From the human T2T-CHM13v2.0 reference genome, Homo sapiens, in the NCBI RefSeq assembly GCF_009914755.1, contig NC_060943.1: a DNA stretch of 64,000 bases. One strand, 5' to 3'. Shown here in pieces: positions 35,463 through 57,438 of the stretch. Position 1 is the stretch's first letter. Each line of letters starts with the position of its first letter. Under the pieces are notes generated by a model, which saw only the letters and a list, made by a program, of their open reading frames with translations, searched no databases and was not told where the DNA came from. The translations under genes and the position numbers were made by a program.

Positions 35463-36629
35463 TAGATAGAGTATCTCTCTCTCTGTCCCCAAGGGTGGGG
35501 TGCAATGGTGTGATCATGGCTCACTGCAATCTTGAATTCCTGGGCTCAAGTGATTGTCCCACCTCAGCCTCCCCTCGTAGTGGTACAGGTGCATGCCACC
35601 ATGCCAGGATACTTTTTTAGTTTCTTTTTTTAGAGACAGGTTCTTGCTGTGCGGTTGAAGTTGGTCTTGATCTCCTGGGCTCAAGACATCCTCCTCGGCC
35701 TCCCAAGAAGCTGGGATTACAGGCGCCAACCCCCGTACCTAACTATTGGCTTTTGTTTTTAAACTTTTTGCATATGTGTGTCCTTAGGGCTAATATGAGT
35801 CTTCTGTGGACAAGTAGTTGGTTCCTGTTGATTGAGTCAGTCTTTGCCTTCTGAGTGCAGAGTTAAATATTTGCATTTGAAATATTACTGATGCAGAAGA
35901 CCTTACCATTGCCTTTTTGTTACATATTATCTGTATTTCTTGATTTTTTTTGTTGTTATTTTGTTCTTATTTTGTTTTTTCAGGTTTGTTTTTTGTTCTT
36001 CATTCTCCATTTCCTGCTTATTGTGTTTAATTGCTTTTCTGTGTAGACACGCTTTGACTCCTTTCTTCTTTACTTTTGTTTGTTTGTTTGTTTATGATGG
36101 AGTCTCCCTCTGTGGCCAAGGCTGCAGCGCAGTGGGGCGATCTTGGCTCACCGCAGCCGGCTCCACATCTCGGGCTCAAACAATTCTTGTGCCCCAGTGG
36201 CTCATGCCTGTAATCCCAGCACTTTGGAAGGCCGGGGGTGGGCAAATCACCTGAGGTCAGGAGTTCAAAACCAGCCTGTCTAACGTGGTGAAACTCCGTC
36301 TCTACTAAAAATACAAAATTAGCCAGACACGGTCGTGGGTGCCTGTAATCCCTGCTACTCAAGAGGCTAATGCAGGAGAGTCACTTGAACCCTGGAGGTG
36401 GAGGTTGTGGTGACCTGAGATTGTGCCATGCACTCCCGCCTGGGCAACACAGTGAGACTCTGTCTCAAAGAAAAAAAGATTCCACAACCTGCAAAAGCTT
36501 CTCTTTCTCCACCAGAACTTTATTTATGTCGGAATTATTTCTGTGTATGCTGCATTTTCATTAACATATATGTACAGTGTTTTTTCATGCTTTTTTCTTC
36601 TAAATAATAGGAAAAAAGTTGAATTATGA

Positions 36630-36891
<262 letters not shown>

Positions 36892-36956
36892 TGAACTCCC
36901 GCCCTCAGGTGATCTGCCAACCTCGGCCTCCTAATCTGCTGGAATTACAGGTTTGA

Positions 36957-37262
<306 letters not shown>

Positions 37263-39297
37263 TAGCAAGAATGGTCTCGATCTCCTGACCTCATGATCCT
37301 CCTCCCTCAGCCTCCCAAAGTGCTGGGATTACAGGTGTGAACCACCTCACTCAGCCGGCCTCAAAGTTTTTAAAACATGTTATTGCTATTAGATGGCTTC
37401 AAGTATTGCAAAATTTGTAGTACAGGCCCTAAACTTCCTTTGTTTAATTAGATTTGTCAGCCTTCAGTGATGTGAATCATGAGATGCTTCTTTTCCTGTC
37501 TCAGTCATTTCACTGTCCTGTCAGAAATAGCTTAGACTGGCCAGCTGAGGTGGGTCATGCCTTAATCCCAGCAGTTTGGGATGCTGAGGTGGGCAGATAG
37601 CTTGAAGTCAGGAGTTTGAGACCAGTCTGGCCAACATGGTGAAACCTCGAATCTACTAAATACAAGAAATTGGCTAGGTGTAGTGGCTCAAGCCTGTAAT
37701 CCCAGCACTTTGGGAGGCCGAGAGGGGCGGATCACCTGAGTTAAGGAATTTGAGACCAGCCTGACCAACATGGTGAAACCCTGTCTCTACTAAAAATACA
37801 AGAATTAGCCGGGCGTGGTGGCACATGGCTGTTATCCCAAGTACTCGAGAGGCTGAGGAAGGAGAATCTTGAACCCGGGAGGTGGAGGTTGTAGTGAGCC
37901 AAGGTTACACCACTGCACTCCAGTCTGGGCACCAAAGTGAGACTACAGGCTGAGGCGGGAGAATCTCTTGAGGCAGGAGAATCGTGCCACTACACTCCAG
38001 CCTGGGTGATAGAGCGTGACTCGGTCTCAAAAACAGACAAAAAAAGAAATAGCTTAAACTGGGAGGCTTAAGACACAGAAATTTATTTCTCATGAGTTTG
38101 GAAAGTGGGAAATCCAAGAGCAAGGTGCCAGCCACATTGGTTCCTGGTGAGAGCCTTCCTCATGGTTTAGCCCAGCCATCTTCCTGCCATGTCCTGACAT
38201 GGTGGAAACAGGAACAGGCAACGAGCTCTTTAATGTCTCTTTTTATGAAAGCACAAGTCCTATTCACGAGTAGTCAACACCCGTGACCAAATTGTCTCAA
38301 AGGCCCCATCTGCAGGAACATCCTATTGGAGAATAAGAACTCTGAACATGGCGTTTGGCCAATACAAACATTCAGACCAGGGAGCCTGCATCATCTTATT
38401 TATGTTTTTATTGTTTAATTTGTTTCATACAATGTTTTCTCTGATCTCAGTTTATAAATTTTCCCAGTACACATTCTATGTTTTATATTTTATGCATAGT
38501 GAACTAGATACATAGGGCAATGTATATATATATATAGAATTGCTGTATTGCCTGGCTGTTTCATAAATGTAGTTGTGACATCATAATTGCACCCTCCGGC
38601 ACTATTAGTCAATTCTTTTTTTTTTTCTTAGAGACGAAGTCTCACCCTGTCACTCAAGCTGGAGTGCAGTGGTGGGACCTTGGCTCACCACAAACTCTAC
38701 CTCCTGGGTTCAAACGATTCTCTTGCCTCAGCCTTCTGAGTAGCTGAGATTACAGGCACCCGCCACCACACCCAGCTAATTTTTTTGTATTTTTAGTAGA
38801 GTTATGGTTTCACCACGTTGGCCAGGCTATTCTTGAACTCCTGACCTCATGGTCTTCCCACCTCGGCCTCCCAAAGTGCTGGAATTACAGGCATGAGCCA
38901 CTGCACCCGGCTGTTAGTGAATTCTTATTCATTATAATGCTGCATATTTTTTTGACCTCATACATCAGAAGGTAGTGATCTTAACATGTATTTCAGTTCT
39001 TATATTGTGTGCTGGTGGTAAGTAGAAGTTGTGCTTTTTTCTTAACAGGGAATTGTTTAGAATTCTGCAGTTTGTATAAATGTACTTATGATTTGCTTGC
39101 TGGTTTTATGCGTTACAGTTATTTTACCAATTCATTTTTATGATTTTACATAAAGCTTTTCGGTATGTGGTATGCAATATAACTGACACAGTTTACTAGT
39201 TAATGTCACAAAGTGCCAGCGGGTGCTGTGGCTCACGCCTGCAATCCCAGGACTTTGGGAGGCTGAGGCGGGTGGATCACTTGAGGTCAAAAGTTCA

Positions 39298-39525
<228 letters not shown>

Positions 39526-39566
39526 TTAAATGTTACAATATGCCTTTTCTGCATGGATATAGGTAA

Positions 39567-39815
<249 letters not shown>

Positions 39816-40202
39816 TGATTTTGGTTATCCTTACATGAGCTTGCTGTGGATTATTTACCAGTATATTATATTGTGTGGTCCTTTAGTATTTATTTGTATA
39901 CAGTAAGTATGCTGTAAATATGAAGAATATATACTTTTCATTGATGTGACAGTGATATGTCTTTTGCAAACTGTTAGACACTTTAGGGTCACAGTGGAAA
40001 AATACTCCTTATTTTAGGCTTACACATGTTTGTGCCCTTCAGTGTTTTGTCATGATATTGGAAATAAGCTTTCATAATAATAATTTGAAGCACATGTAAT
40101 CGCCCTTTATTTATTAAAGAATCTTACGATTTTGTGTTCCTAAACTTTGAAGATCATGTTTGGGAAGTTTAAAATCAGTATTGTCTTTTGTGTACCTATT
40201 AG

Positions 40203-43560
<3,358 letters not shown>

Positions 43561-44676
43561 AATTGTTCCCAATGCAATGAATATAGCAAACCATCAAGCA
43601 TTGATTGACATTAGAGTCAGTTCAGCATTGACTTGAGTTTGAGTTGACTTAACATTGAGTTCAAGCCTTAATTGACATTAAAGTGTTTATGTTAAGAGGA
43701 CTGGGCTGTGTGGCATGGCTCACGCCTGTAATCCCAGCACTTTGGTAGGCCAAGGTGGGTAAATCACTTGAGGTCAGGAGTTTGAGATCAGCCTGGACAA
43801 CAGACCTGAGCCACTTTTCCCAGCCTGTTTTTTGTTTCTTTAACAAAAACTGATAGGGATTTTTATGGGTATCGTATTGAATCTAGATTACATTGGGTTA
43901 TATAATCATTTAACATATTAATTTTTCCAAACCATCAATATGGGTTGTGTCTCTATATATGTTTTTAATCATTTTGATCAATTTTTGTTGATTTCAAGGT
44001 ACAAACGTCTCACCTTTTTACGTTTATTCCTAAGTATTTCTTATTTTAAGTTCTCCAGCAAATGGAAGTGTGTTAAAATTTTCTTTTAAAATTGTTTATT
44101 ATTAAAATATGGAAATTCAACTAATTTTTGGTGCTGATACTGTATTGTGCAAATCCACTGAATATGTTTGTTAGTTCCAGTACTATTTTGGTTGAGTCTG
44201 TGATTTTCTACACAGAAGGTCATGTCGTCTACAAACAAATGTAATTTTACTTCTTTCTTTCTGATTTGGATGAGTTTGATTTCTTTTGCTATTTAATTGC
44301 TCTGGCTAGGACAGGCAGTATTGATTGAATAGAAGGGGTGAGAGCATTCTTGCATCATGTGAGATCGTACAGGAAAGCATTCCATTTTCCCTGCTTGGTT
44401 ATTTACTCATTTGTCATTTCATGGATGTTCTTTCTATTGTTGAGGTAAATTTCCTTTTCTATTTTGTTTAGGATTTCTATGATGACTGGATTTTGAATTT
44501 TGTGGAACGCTTTTTCTCCATCTACTAAGGTGATGTGGTTTTAATCTTTCATTCTGTTCTAGTGGTATATAACATTGATTTGCTTGAATATGTTGAACCA
44601 TCCTTGCATCCCAGAAATAACTGGCACTTGAATATCTACATTTTTTTAATATCCTCTTGAATACAGTTTTCTAGGA

Positions 44677-45445
44677 CAAGGGATCTTCAAGAAGTTCTGG
44701 AAAAATACATATTATGAGAAAATTGTGCATGAATTTCACAATTTTTGCACCAAAATAAACTAGTGCTAGTCTGTTATAACATGTCTGAACAGGCTCTAGT
44801 TTGATGCCCTCAAAAGGATAAGACATGAGTATAAAAAGAGACTCCATCAAAGCAATATAAATTCTGATGAAATTGAAACAAGAAGAAACATTAAATTTAT
44901 GATGAGACCAGATGCAGTGGCTCAGGCCTGTAATCCCAGCATTTTCAGAGGCTGAGACAGGTGGGCCACATGAGCCCAGGTATTCAAGACCAGCCTGGGA
45001 AACGTGGGGAAATCCCCTTTTCTACAAAAAATACAAAAATTAGCTGGGCATGGTGGCACATACCTGCCGTCTCAGTTATTGTGAAGTCTGTGCAGGGAGG
45101 ATGGCATGAACCTGGGAGGTCAAGATTGCAGTGAGCTATGATCATGCCACTGCACTCCAGCATGGGTGATGGAGAGAGATACTGTCTTAAAAAAAGAATA
45201 CTTGTGGTAACGTTTGGGTAGAGGAATAATGAAATCATTGATGCTTTATAAAAAGGTTATGGGGACAATGCCCAAAAGAAATAAACAGTTTGTAAACGGA
45301 TAACTTATTTTGAGTTAGGGCAAGACAATGTTGACAGTGATGCATGAAGCAGCAGGCAGACCTTCCACATCATTTTTACAGAAAAAAAAATTAATCTTGT
45401 TCATGCTGCAATGAAGAGGACTGACAGCAAACAGCAGAAACATAG
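44677..45445 (+). mobile_element. HSMAR2 5' fragment with transposase N-terminus, split by an Alu (about 44905-45200)
   Basis: Paralog of 15543-15762. It continues after the Alu as gaaatcattgatgctttata...atggggacaatgcccaaaagaa (transposase helix-turn-helix region). Confidence 0.8.
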
Positions 45446-45680
45446 TCAGAATTTAGAGAACAGCCTGGTTAACATGGTGAAACACCATCTCTAGTAAAAA
45501 TACAAAAATTAGCTCAGCATGGTGGCATGCGCCTGTAATCCCAGCTACTCAGGAGGCTGAGGCAGGGGAATCTCTTGAACCCAGGAGGTGGAGGATGCAG
45601 TGAACTGAGATGGCAACATTACACTCTAGCCTGAGCAACAAGAGCAAAACTCCATCTCAAAAAAAAAAAAATTGTCAAGT

Positions 45681-46090
45681 TCCTTCTCTTCCATTCTTTG
45701 CCATCGTGGTGTGTGCTTGACTCTGCTTCTTGCCACATCTTCTCAGAAGACTTTCAGGATTAAGCGATTCCTGGCCAAGAAACAAAAGCAAAACCATCCG
45801 ACTCCCCTGTGGATTCAGATCAAAACTGGTAATAAAATCAGGTACGACTCCAAAAGGAGACATTGGAGAAGAACCAAGCTGGGTCTATAAGGAATTGCAT
45901 GTGAGATGGCACACATATTTATGCTGTCTGAGCATCACAATCACGTTACCATATCAAGCTGAAAATGTCACCACTATCTGGACAGTTGGACATGTTTTAT
46001 TGGGAATATGTTTTTTCTCTGTAAATTTGTTATAAACGCATTGGTTGGCTGTGTTCAGTAATAAACGTGAGACTTTTCATTTCAAAACAA
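45681..46090 (+). pseudogene. Processed pseudogene of ribosomal protein L39 (RPL39)
   Basis: 45735-45890 translates [51 protein letters not shown]. Intronless, start ATG replaced by ACA, pyrimidine-rich 5' end, AATAAA at 46060 and an A-rich end. Confidence 0.95.
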
Positions 46091-46369
46091 AAGTCAAATG
46101 ATGTAATTCCATAGAGTACCTTAATTTCTGTTTTTTGTTTTGTTTTGTTTTGTTTTGAGATCGAGACTCCACTGGGTTCAGTGGATCACACCTGTGGTCC
46201 TGCCACTTTGGGAGGCTGAGGTGGGAGGATTGGTTGAGACCAGGAGTCTCCTGGGAATCTTCTCGTCTCCCCTAACCCAGTTAATGACAGACCTTTGTCC
46301 TTTCTGTTATGGAAAAGTCTATAGAAAACAATATCACTGTGTCAAAGCATTATGTCTGTCACAAGCTCA

Positions 46370-47648
<1,279 letters not shown>

Positions 47649-47816
47649 AGCTCATGAACACAGAAGAAATCAAAATAGAATAAGAAAAAAATGAGGTGTA
47701 GTGGAAAGCACAATATCAGTTCCAAAATTTGAACTCCTTCATATTTATTCAACATAGGGAAATGCTCTTCAACTTTGGGTGGTTAGATTCCATTTGTGAA
47801 AGATACATATTTCTAA

Positions 47817-48317
47817 TGTAGCAGGATGAGTCACAGACAAAACTCCTCAGACACCAGATTAAAGAAGGAAGAGGTTTTTTATTCAGCTGGGAGTGTCAGC
47901 AGACTCGCGTCTTAAGAGCCAAGCTCCCCAAAAAAGAAATTCCTAGCCCTTTTAAGGGCTTACAGCTCTAAGGGGTCTACGTGAAAAGGTCATAATCAAG
48001 TAAGTGTGAGGAATGTGACTGGAGGCTACATACATCAGCTAACAGAACAGAAAGTTTTACAGTACTTTCTCATACAATGTCTGAAATTTACAGATAACAC
48101 CAGTAGTTTTGGTCAGGGGTTAATATTATTATTATTATTATTATTTTCACCACCAGGGTCAGGTGGTGGCGCCAAGGTCGTCTAGCTATTTATCTTAGTT
48201 CTGCTTCTTTCCAACTTTTTGCTTTCTCCCTTTTCTCCTGTCTTATAAACCAGGGAAAAGGGGAGGTTGGGGAGAAGCTGGGAAGGACAACAGGAGAAGT
48301 GGTGGCCTCATTCCATA
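47817..48317 (-). mobile_element. LTR2-group (HERV-E, LTR2C-like) solo LTR
   Basis: Minus strand ends ...gtgtctgaggagttttgtctgtgactcatcctgctaca, typical of LTR2-group U5. 4-bp TSD ctaa/ctag. Confidence 0.72.
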
Positions 48318-48531
48318 CTAGTATTTGATTAAATAACCCATTCTATGTAATTTTAGCCAATTTAAATGGCAAATAATAAATGATCAATTATATACATACA
48401 TAAAACTTCCTAATATTTCACTTAGTATTGCTATTACTATGTTCTTGGGACAGAAGTTCAGCCTGTCAGATACAAGAGAGTGGTGTCTCCATAACTGTGC
48501 TTAGAACTCCGTGCTGCATGAATGGATAAAC

Positions 48532-49106
48532 TGTTAAGCAGGAACCTAGGAAAGCTAGAATGACAAAGTTCAAGTTTATTAAAACTAGCAAAACATATTC
48601 CTTACTGCTCATGCATGAGTCACGGTCATAAGATGTTTACAGTTAAGGAAAGCAGCTTCATGATACCTGCAAGGACGAACTCCTACAGAAACACAATGTC
48701 CAAGATAACCTAATATCCGATGACAATGTATGCTTTTAAGAAGCAGGCTGGTCGCAAACTCCTGACCTCAGGTGATCTGCCCACCTCAGCCTTCCAAAGT
48801 TCTGTCATTACAGGCTTGGGCCACTGTGCCCGGCCAAAGATAGCTTTAAATCAACAAAGTAATAAGTTTTGTCACACTGTCAGCTCACCGGCAGGTAGAC
48901 ATAACTTAGCTTTTACTTAGGCCCCTATGTAAGAAAAACTTCATGAGGAGGCACTCCCCCAGCCTTCTGAGGACACCCTACTGTGTAACTGGTAGCTTTC
49001 AATAAACTCTCCTCACTGCATTCGGACACTTGCCTTGAATTCTTTACTACGCAAGATCCAAGAATGTTAACATGGGGTGTAGACTGTGACCTCGTTTTAG
49101 GCAACA
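48532..49106 (+). mobile_element. ERV1-class solo LTR (subfamily unresolved) with an Alu fragment inside
   Basis: TG...CA termini (tgttaag...ggcaaca); AATAAA followed by ttgccttgaattctttactacgcaagatccaagaa, a typical ERV1 U5 motif. Confidence 0.55.
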
Positions 49107-49499
49107 AAATGACTGAACGTTATACAAAAACAACAATTGATCCAATTCTCATAAAAGTAGGAATTTTGTAGTCCTCATCCAGCATGCCAAGCAAAGATCG
49201 ACACTGTGGAGTCACCGCTCATGAGAACAAAGGGGCTGACAGCTGGGAAACATGGGTAGATGAGGGTGAGGCGCTCAGCAGCTGCCAACTGGGATTATTG
49301 AAAAGGGCAATAGGATCTTGGAAGGGGGAGAACACAGTATAAAGCGACACAAATGCTGCAGAGGCACTGGCCCTGCAAGCTTCACATGGGGGAGTTGGAA
49401 ATCCCTGACAACTGCACAATCTTGCGTGTGGATTTCAACATCCCGAAGCAACCAGATTCCTGCTGTGGCTAGACTCGGGGATAAGGTGCTGCGAAAGAC

Positions 49500-50230
49500 A
49501 GGTTTGAAGCAGAAAGACCAAGAAAACACTCATCTGAGCCAGCCCCGGGCGCTGCAGAACAACCATGGGCAGGCCCTCCACCCCGTCTGGGCGGATTCTG
49601 GACAGTCGGCGGTGACCCGGAGGGAGAAGGAAAGGTCGTCGAGGGGGCGGAGCCTGAACCGGTGCTTGGGCGGGGCCAGAAGGTGGAGGCCGCTTTGGAA
49701 GCCGGGCCAGGTTAGAGGGTGGGGGTGGGACCTGGAACGGGACTGGGGCGGGGCAAGAGGGAGGAGGCTGCCTTGGGGCCGCCCAGGACAGCGAGAAGGG
49801 CTGGGGCCAGAGGGTTATCATTTTCGGGGCGGGGTCTGAAAGGGGTTTTGTTCTGAAGGGCGGGGCCTGAAGGGGGGCGGATCCGGGTTCTTTCCTCAGC
49901 TGGGCCATGGCTGTCGCCTGCTGTCATACTCTTGCCCTCCAGGACTGGGTCCTCCGGGTTCTGATTGGTGGATTGTTTCTGATGTGCCGTGATATTACCC
50001 CTAATATTACATGTAGTGAGCCACCTGTACCGAACGCTTAATCGTTTTTCCTCTTAAGTTGAAAATAGTTTTAATGCAAAGACCCTTTTTGGAGCAGGTA
50101 GAGTCATGCATCCTTCAGGCGGGGCACGCTCCCCTCAGTCTGAAGCAGGGCGGGGTAGAGGGGCAGGGACCTCGGTAAAGGACTGGAGTAGGGCGCTGGT
50201 TGCAGCTGGGACTGACAACGAGAAGGCTTA
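49500..50230. promoter_or_regulatory. Intergenic GC-box-rich, CpG-containing promoter-like segment
   Basis: About eight GGGGCGG/GGGCGGGG Sp/KLF boxes on the + strand (opposite polarity to the KZFP promoters), a ctgattgg CCAAT box near 49962, and G-runs. Confidence 0.55.
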
Positions 50231-50381
50231 TTAAACTAAGCAGGATCCTGGGTTGAGTGGATAATGGGAACTGAAAGGTGACATGCAAAACTGCCTATTA
50301 CACACAGGAGGTGAAAGACAATTCGTATTTCATGGAAATAAAGTCAGGGCCCAGAGTAGTGGCTCACATCTGTAATCCCAG

Positions 50382-50960
50382 TGTGTCTGGAATTGGTTCC
50401 CTCTGGTGGGTTCTTGGTCTCGCTGACTTTAAGAGTAAAGCCACAGAGCCTCGCGGTGAGTGTTACAGTTCTTAAAGATGGCATGTCCAGAGTTTGTTCC
50501 TTCAGATGTTCAGATGTGTCCGGGGTTTTTTCCTTCTAGTGGGTTGTGGTCTCGCTTGACTTCAGGATTGAAGCGGCAGACCTTTGCAGTGAGTGTTACA
50601 GCTCTTGAAACTGTCGCGTCTGGGGTTGTTTTTTCCTCCTGGTGTGTTCGTGGTCTTGCTGACTTCAGGAGTGAAGCTGCAGACCTTCGCAGTAATTTGG
50701 CCCTGCCCATGTCCTGCTAATGGGTCCATTTTACAGAGTGCTGATTGGTCCATTTTTACAGAGTGCTGATTGGTGATTTTCAAACCTTTAGCTAGACACA
50801 GAGCACTGATAGGTGCATTTTTACAGAGTGCTGATTGGTGCGTTTACAAACTTTTAGCTAGACACAGAGGCCTGATTGGTGTGTTTACAATCCTTTAGCT
50901 AGTCAGAGAAGTTCTCCAAGTCCCCACCCGACCCAGAAGCCCAGCCGGCTTAACCTCTCA
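50382..50960 (-). mobile_element. LTR12-family (HERV9) solo LTR inserted in an Alu
   Basis: Repeated ctgattggt (NF-Y CCAAT) units; termini tgtgtctggaattgg...cctctca; 4-bp TSD ccag/ccag splitting the Alu sequence aatcccag|cactttg. Confidence 0.88.
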
Positions 50961-51230
50961 CCAGCACTTTGAGAGGCAGAGGTGGGAGGATCTCTTGAGC
51001 CAAGGAGTTCAAGATCAGCCTGGGCAACATGATGAGACCTCGTCTCTACTAAAAAAAAAACAAAACAGCCCGGTGTGGTGGTGCACGCCTGTGGCCCCAG
51101 CTGCTCGGGGCACTTAGGTGGGAGGATCACTTGAGCCAGGGAGTTGGAAGCTGCAGTGCCCTGATCTCGCCACCACACTCTAGCTTCAGTGACAGAGCTA
51201 GACCCTGTCTCAAACAAACACGTAAATAAA

Positions 51231-53560
<2,330 letters not shown>

Positions 53561-53695
53561 AGTGAAGTAAAAAGTATTTGGCCAGGCGCGGTGGCTCCCG
53601 CCTGTGATCCCAGCACTTTGAGGAGGCCCAGGCAGGTGGATCCCTTAAAGTCAAGAGTTTGAGACCACACTGGCCAACATGGTGAAACTCGTCTA

Positions 53696-53953
<258 letters not shown>

Positions 53954-54399
53954 TTAGATCCCTATCTCACACAATCAAACTCTTATTTTAAAACGTTTAA
54001 AAAAAAAGGAAAAAAAAGAGAGAGTGACGAGGAAGGGAGCCCTGCGGGAGGGGGTGTTACATTGTCGCCCAGGCTGGCCTGGACCCCCAGGCTCAGCAAT
54101 CCTCCCGCCGCTGCTTCCTGAGTAGCTGGGACCTCAGTCTCCCGCGCCCGCGCCCACATCCCTGCTGTGTTTATCCAGAAGGTGGTGACCTCACTCCTTG
54201 CTGGCCTGAGCATTCCGTCCCACATCCCAGGCGGTGGCCCTAGGGAAGTCTCTGCAGCTGAGCACAGGGTGGACTCTCCCTCCCAAGTGAATGGAGACTG
54301 GAAAGGGAGAGGATTTCTATTCTGTTTTGTGGGCTGTCAGCATGAAATCGTACGTTCCATCCAGGCAGGGCTTTGCATTTTACATTCCAGTTTGCATCC

Positions 54400-55330
54400 C
54401 CGTTCCAGACAATTCCAGGGCTTTTGAATCATGCCTCAGCCTTCCTGGCCGGTCTCGCCTCCAAAACCCGAAAACTGAGGCCCTGGGAGCCAGGCTGAGA
54501 GACTCACAGGTCCCGCCACAGCCCCGCCCTCTGTCGGTTCTAAAGGGTAAAGTCTCTCTGCCCCGCCCCTACCTCGCCCAAGCCCGCCCACCTCCTCGCG
54601 GGTCCCGCCCAGGCCTGGCTTCTTTCCTGCGCGCGCAGCTTCGCGCAGACCCGGAAGCGGACGGCGTGGAGTGACTATCCCACCGCCGCGGGTGAGTTTC
54701 GCTCTGTTTTGTATTAAGTCTGTGCTTCCCAGGTCCCTGGCGCTTCTGTACCTGGGGCGTGGGGTCTCCACTAACCTGGAAATTCTCAGCCGTCTTCCTT
54801 CACCCAGAGCAAGTTGAGACGACCCCGTGAGAGTCCGGGGGTCGCTTCCTTTTGGGTTTAAGGTCCCCCTGAGGCTGGTCCCGTCCCGGGTGTTTCTGCT
54901 ATAGGGCAATGTATACACTTTCTATCACGTAGTTTTCCTGCTCTGAAACTTTTTCTGACTCCTCCCGTCCCGCGCTTTTTAAAGTCCTCACCCGAGAGGT
55001 GAATTCCCTCCCTGAGCGCCTCCCAGCCTCGCCCTCGTTGGCAGCTGGACGCAGCGCGGCGGCCCCAGCCCCGAGGAGGCCGCGTCCTCTGTCTGGTCCT
55101 GGGATCCTGCAGACCCCACCCTTGTCTTAAGGCGCCGTGGCGCCGCCGCCTCCCTCCTTTTGCGGGCCCTACTGCTCCCCAGGTTCGCCTCCACAGTCAC
55201 TGCTTTCCCTGAGCCCGAGTTAGGGAGGTGCCCGGGGCCTGTCCTGTGACACGGGGTGTTCTTGCCTGCCCAGCTCCAGCCCCTGGAAAATGCGCTCCCC
55301 CGGGATGCAGGCGTTTTGCTCCAAACCCTC
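54400..55330 (+). promoter_or_regulatory. ZNF765: CpG-island promoter and non-coding exon 1 of gene 3 (donor at 54691/54692)
   Basis: GC boxes, NRF1-like palindrome tgcgcgcgca at 54628-54637, ETS motif CCGGAAG at 54651, donor GG|gtgagt; paralog of the 25-kb promoter. Confidence 0.85.
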
Positions 55331-55801
55331 CTGTGTCTTATCCAAAGCCTCCGGTGCTTGTGTAGGCTAAAGGGATCAGGAGACAGACGTAGAGCAGTAG
55401 AAAACCTGAGACAGAAAAGAAGAATAAAAAAGACTCATAACAGATGGCAAAGTAGAGGATGGGTGAGGGATTTGCCAGACACAGCAAATGTGGGGGAAAA
55501 AAAAAAAGGAGGAGAAAAGCAACTGGAGAAATGTAGAGAAAAGGTAGATGTACAGAGAGATGAAGGACAGAGAGCAAGGTAGGGAGAGGGACAGCAAAGA
55601 GGGAGGCTCATCAGAGTGAGGGAGAGGAGGAGGGATTTGGAGCCAGGGCAGACAGAGCAGAGTGGTGCTGGTGGCAAGGAGAACAGAGGGAGAAGCACAG
55701 CAGGGAGGACACCTGGGGATCTGGGGTACCAGAGAGTGGAGACGGGGGTATAACAGGGAAGAGAGAATTTAACAGGGAGAGCAGAGGAGGCGCAGAGATG
55801 G

Positions 55802-56883
55802 TGTTGCGGGAAACTAAGTACTAGAGAGACCGGTATGCGGGAGACAGAACGATGTTTATTTAAGGTACGCACCGGCTCAGTGGATTTACATCTAAAAAGC
55901 TGAGCATTTCAACAAAGACAGAGTGGGGTTTTTATAAGCAGGCTTACAGAAGCAAAATAAAAGCAGTTAATCATGTAATGATTGGTCACATAATCTATAG
56001 CATAGCATAACTTGTGGCCTTGCATAGCTGGTGGTCTTGTAGCTGCATTGAAAGAAAAACAAGAACAGCTAAATACAGACTTTTTTTTTCTTCACTCTTG
56101 TTCTAAAGTGGGGTTGTCTGGAGCTCATTCCTTTGGCTTCAGCTGCACAAAAAGCGTTATCTTATAACTGTCCTTGAAGTGAGCTTGCTAGGCAGAGGAA
56201 AACTTGTTCTTCTTTTCTTTTTAACCCTTGCCTTGCCTGTTAGTTTTTTGGAGTGAATGAATGCATATTGATTTTTTAAATTTCTGCCTCAGTTTTCTCC
56301 CTTTGCTGCTTTTTATAAATAAGGTTTTAATAGAAAGCACCACTATTACTGGATTCTTCATGAAAGAGCAGGTTTTCTTCTTTAGGCACAGGCTGATATT
56401 TATATGGAGCTATTAGCTGAGTGGTAGTCTGCCTAGTCACAATTGCTTCTATAGTTGATTGAACGTTCTTAACAAGGAGAGGTGAGGTAAGGGAGTATTA
56501 AACCAATTCTTAGTATTTCTAGAACCACTCCTGTTAAGGTTTTGAATCGACTGAAGGAGGAAAACCAGCCTCTAAAGAGGGACTCGGGAGTCTACTTTGT
56601 CTAAGTCTGGACTGGAACATGGGATAATTTTTTTATTCTTGCAGTTACTTCTATAACAGCCTTCCTATTGTCATTGATTTCTAGGCAGCAATTAGTTAGA
56701 TTAAACTTTCTACATACTCCTCCTTCCTAGGCTAGGAGGTAGTCGAAAGCTAATCTATTTTGGTAGATGGCATTTCTCATTTTTGTGGCTTGCTGGGCCA
56801 GTAAGTCTAATGCATTTGCTGTTTCATTAGTGATGATTCCAAGTACTGCTTGCAACTTTATGATGCGGTTAAGCGTGTAAACT
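55802..56883 (-). mobile_element. Paralogous ERV3-like 3' LTR (55802-56291) plus env TM fragment
   Basis: Colinear with 26369-27425; the minus strand includes [42 protein letters not shown]. Confidence 0.85.
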
Positions 56884-57438
56884 TAAGTGTGCCCGGCTCA
56901 ATTTTTGAATTTTTAGTAGAGACAGGGTTTCACCATGTTGGCCAGGCTGGTCTCGAACTCCTGAGCTCAAGCGATCCTCACACCTCAGCCTCCTAAGTAA
57001 CTGGGACCACAGACACACAGACGTGCACAACCATGCCTGGCTAAGTTTTTGTACTTTTGGTAGAGATGGGGTTTCACCACGTTGCCCAGGCTGGTCTCAA
57101 ACCTGAGCTCAAGAGATCTACGCACCTCGGCCTCCCAGAGTGCTGGGATGACAGGCATGAGCCACCGCACCCAGCCTTTGCATGAGGTTTGGTCAGGCCT
57201 GGGTCTGTGCCCTAAAGGGGAGCTCATCCCACCCCAGCTCCCCACTGCTGCAGCGTGTGTGTGGGCTTCTCCGGGAGGGGAGTGGGAGTTTTCCTGTAGG
57301 AGTTTATTGTCCCTGGTGTGGTCGGCAGCATAGGGGACCGTATGTCCTCAGGATGAGGTCTCCTTTGTATGTGTTGTTGTGTTACAGGGAGGGGATGTGT
57401 TGATTCTGAGCAATAAACAACATATTTCTAACATTCAG

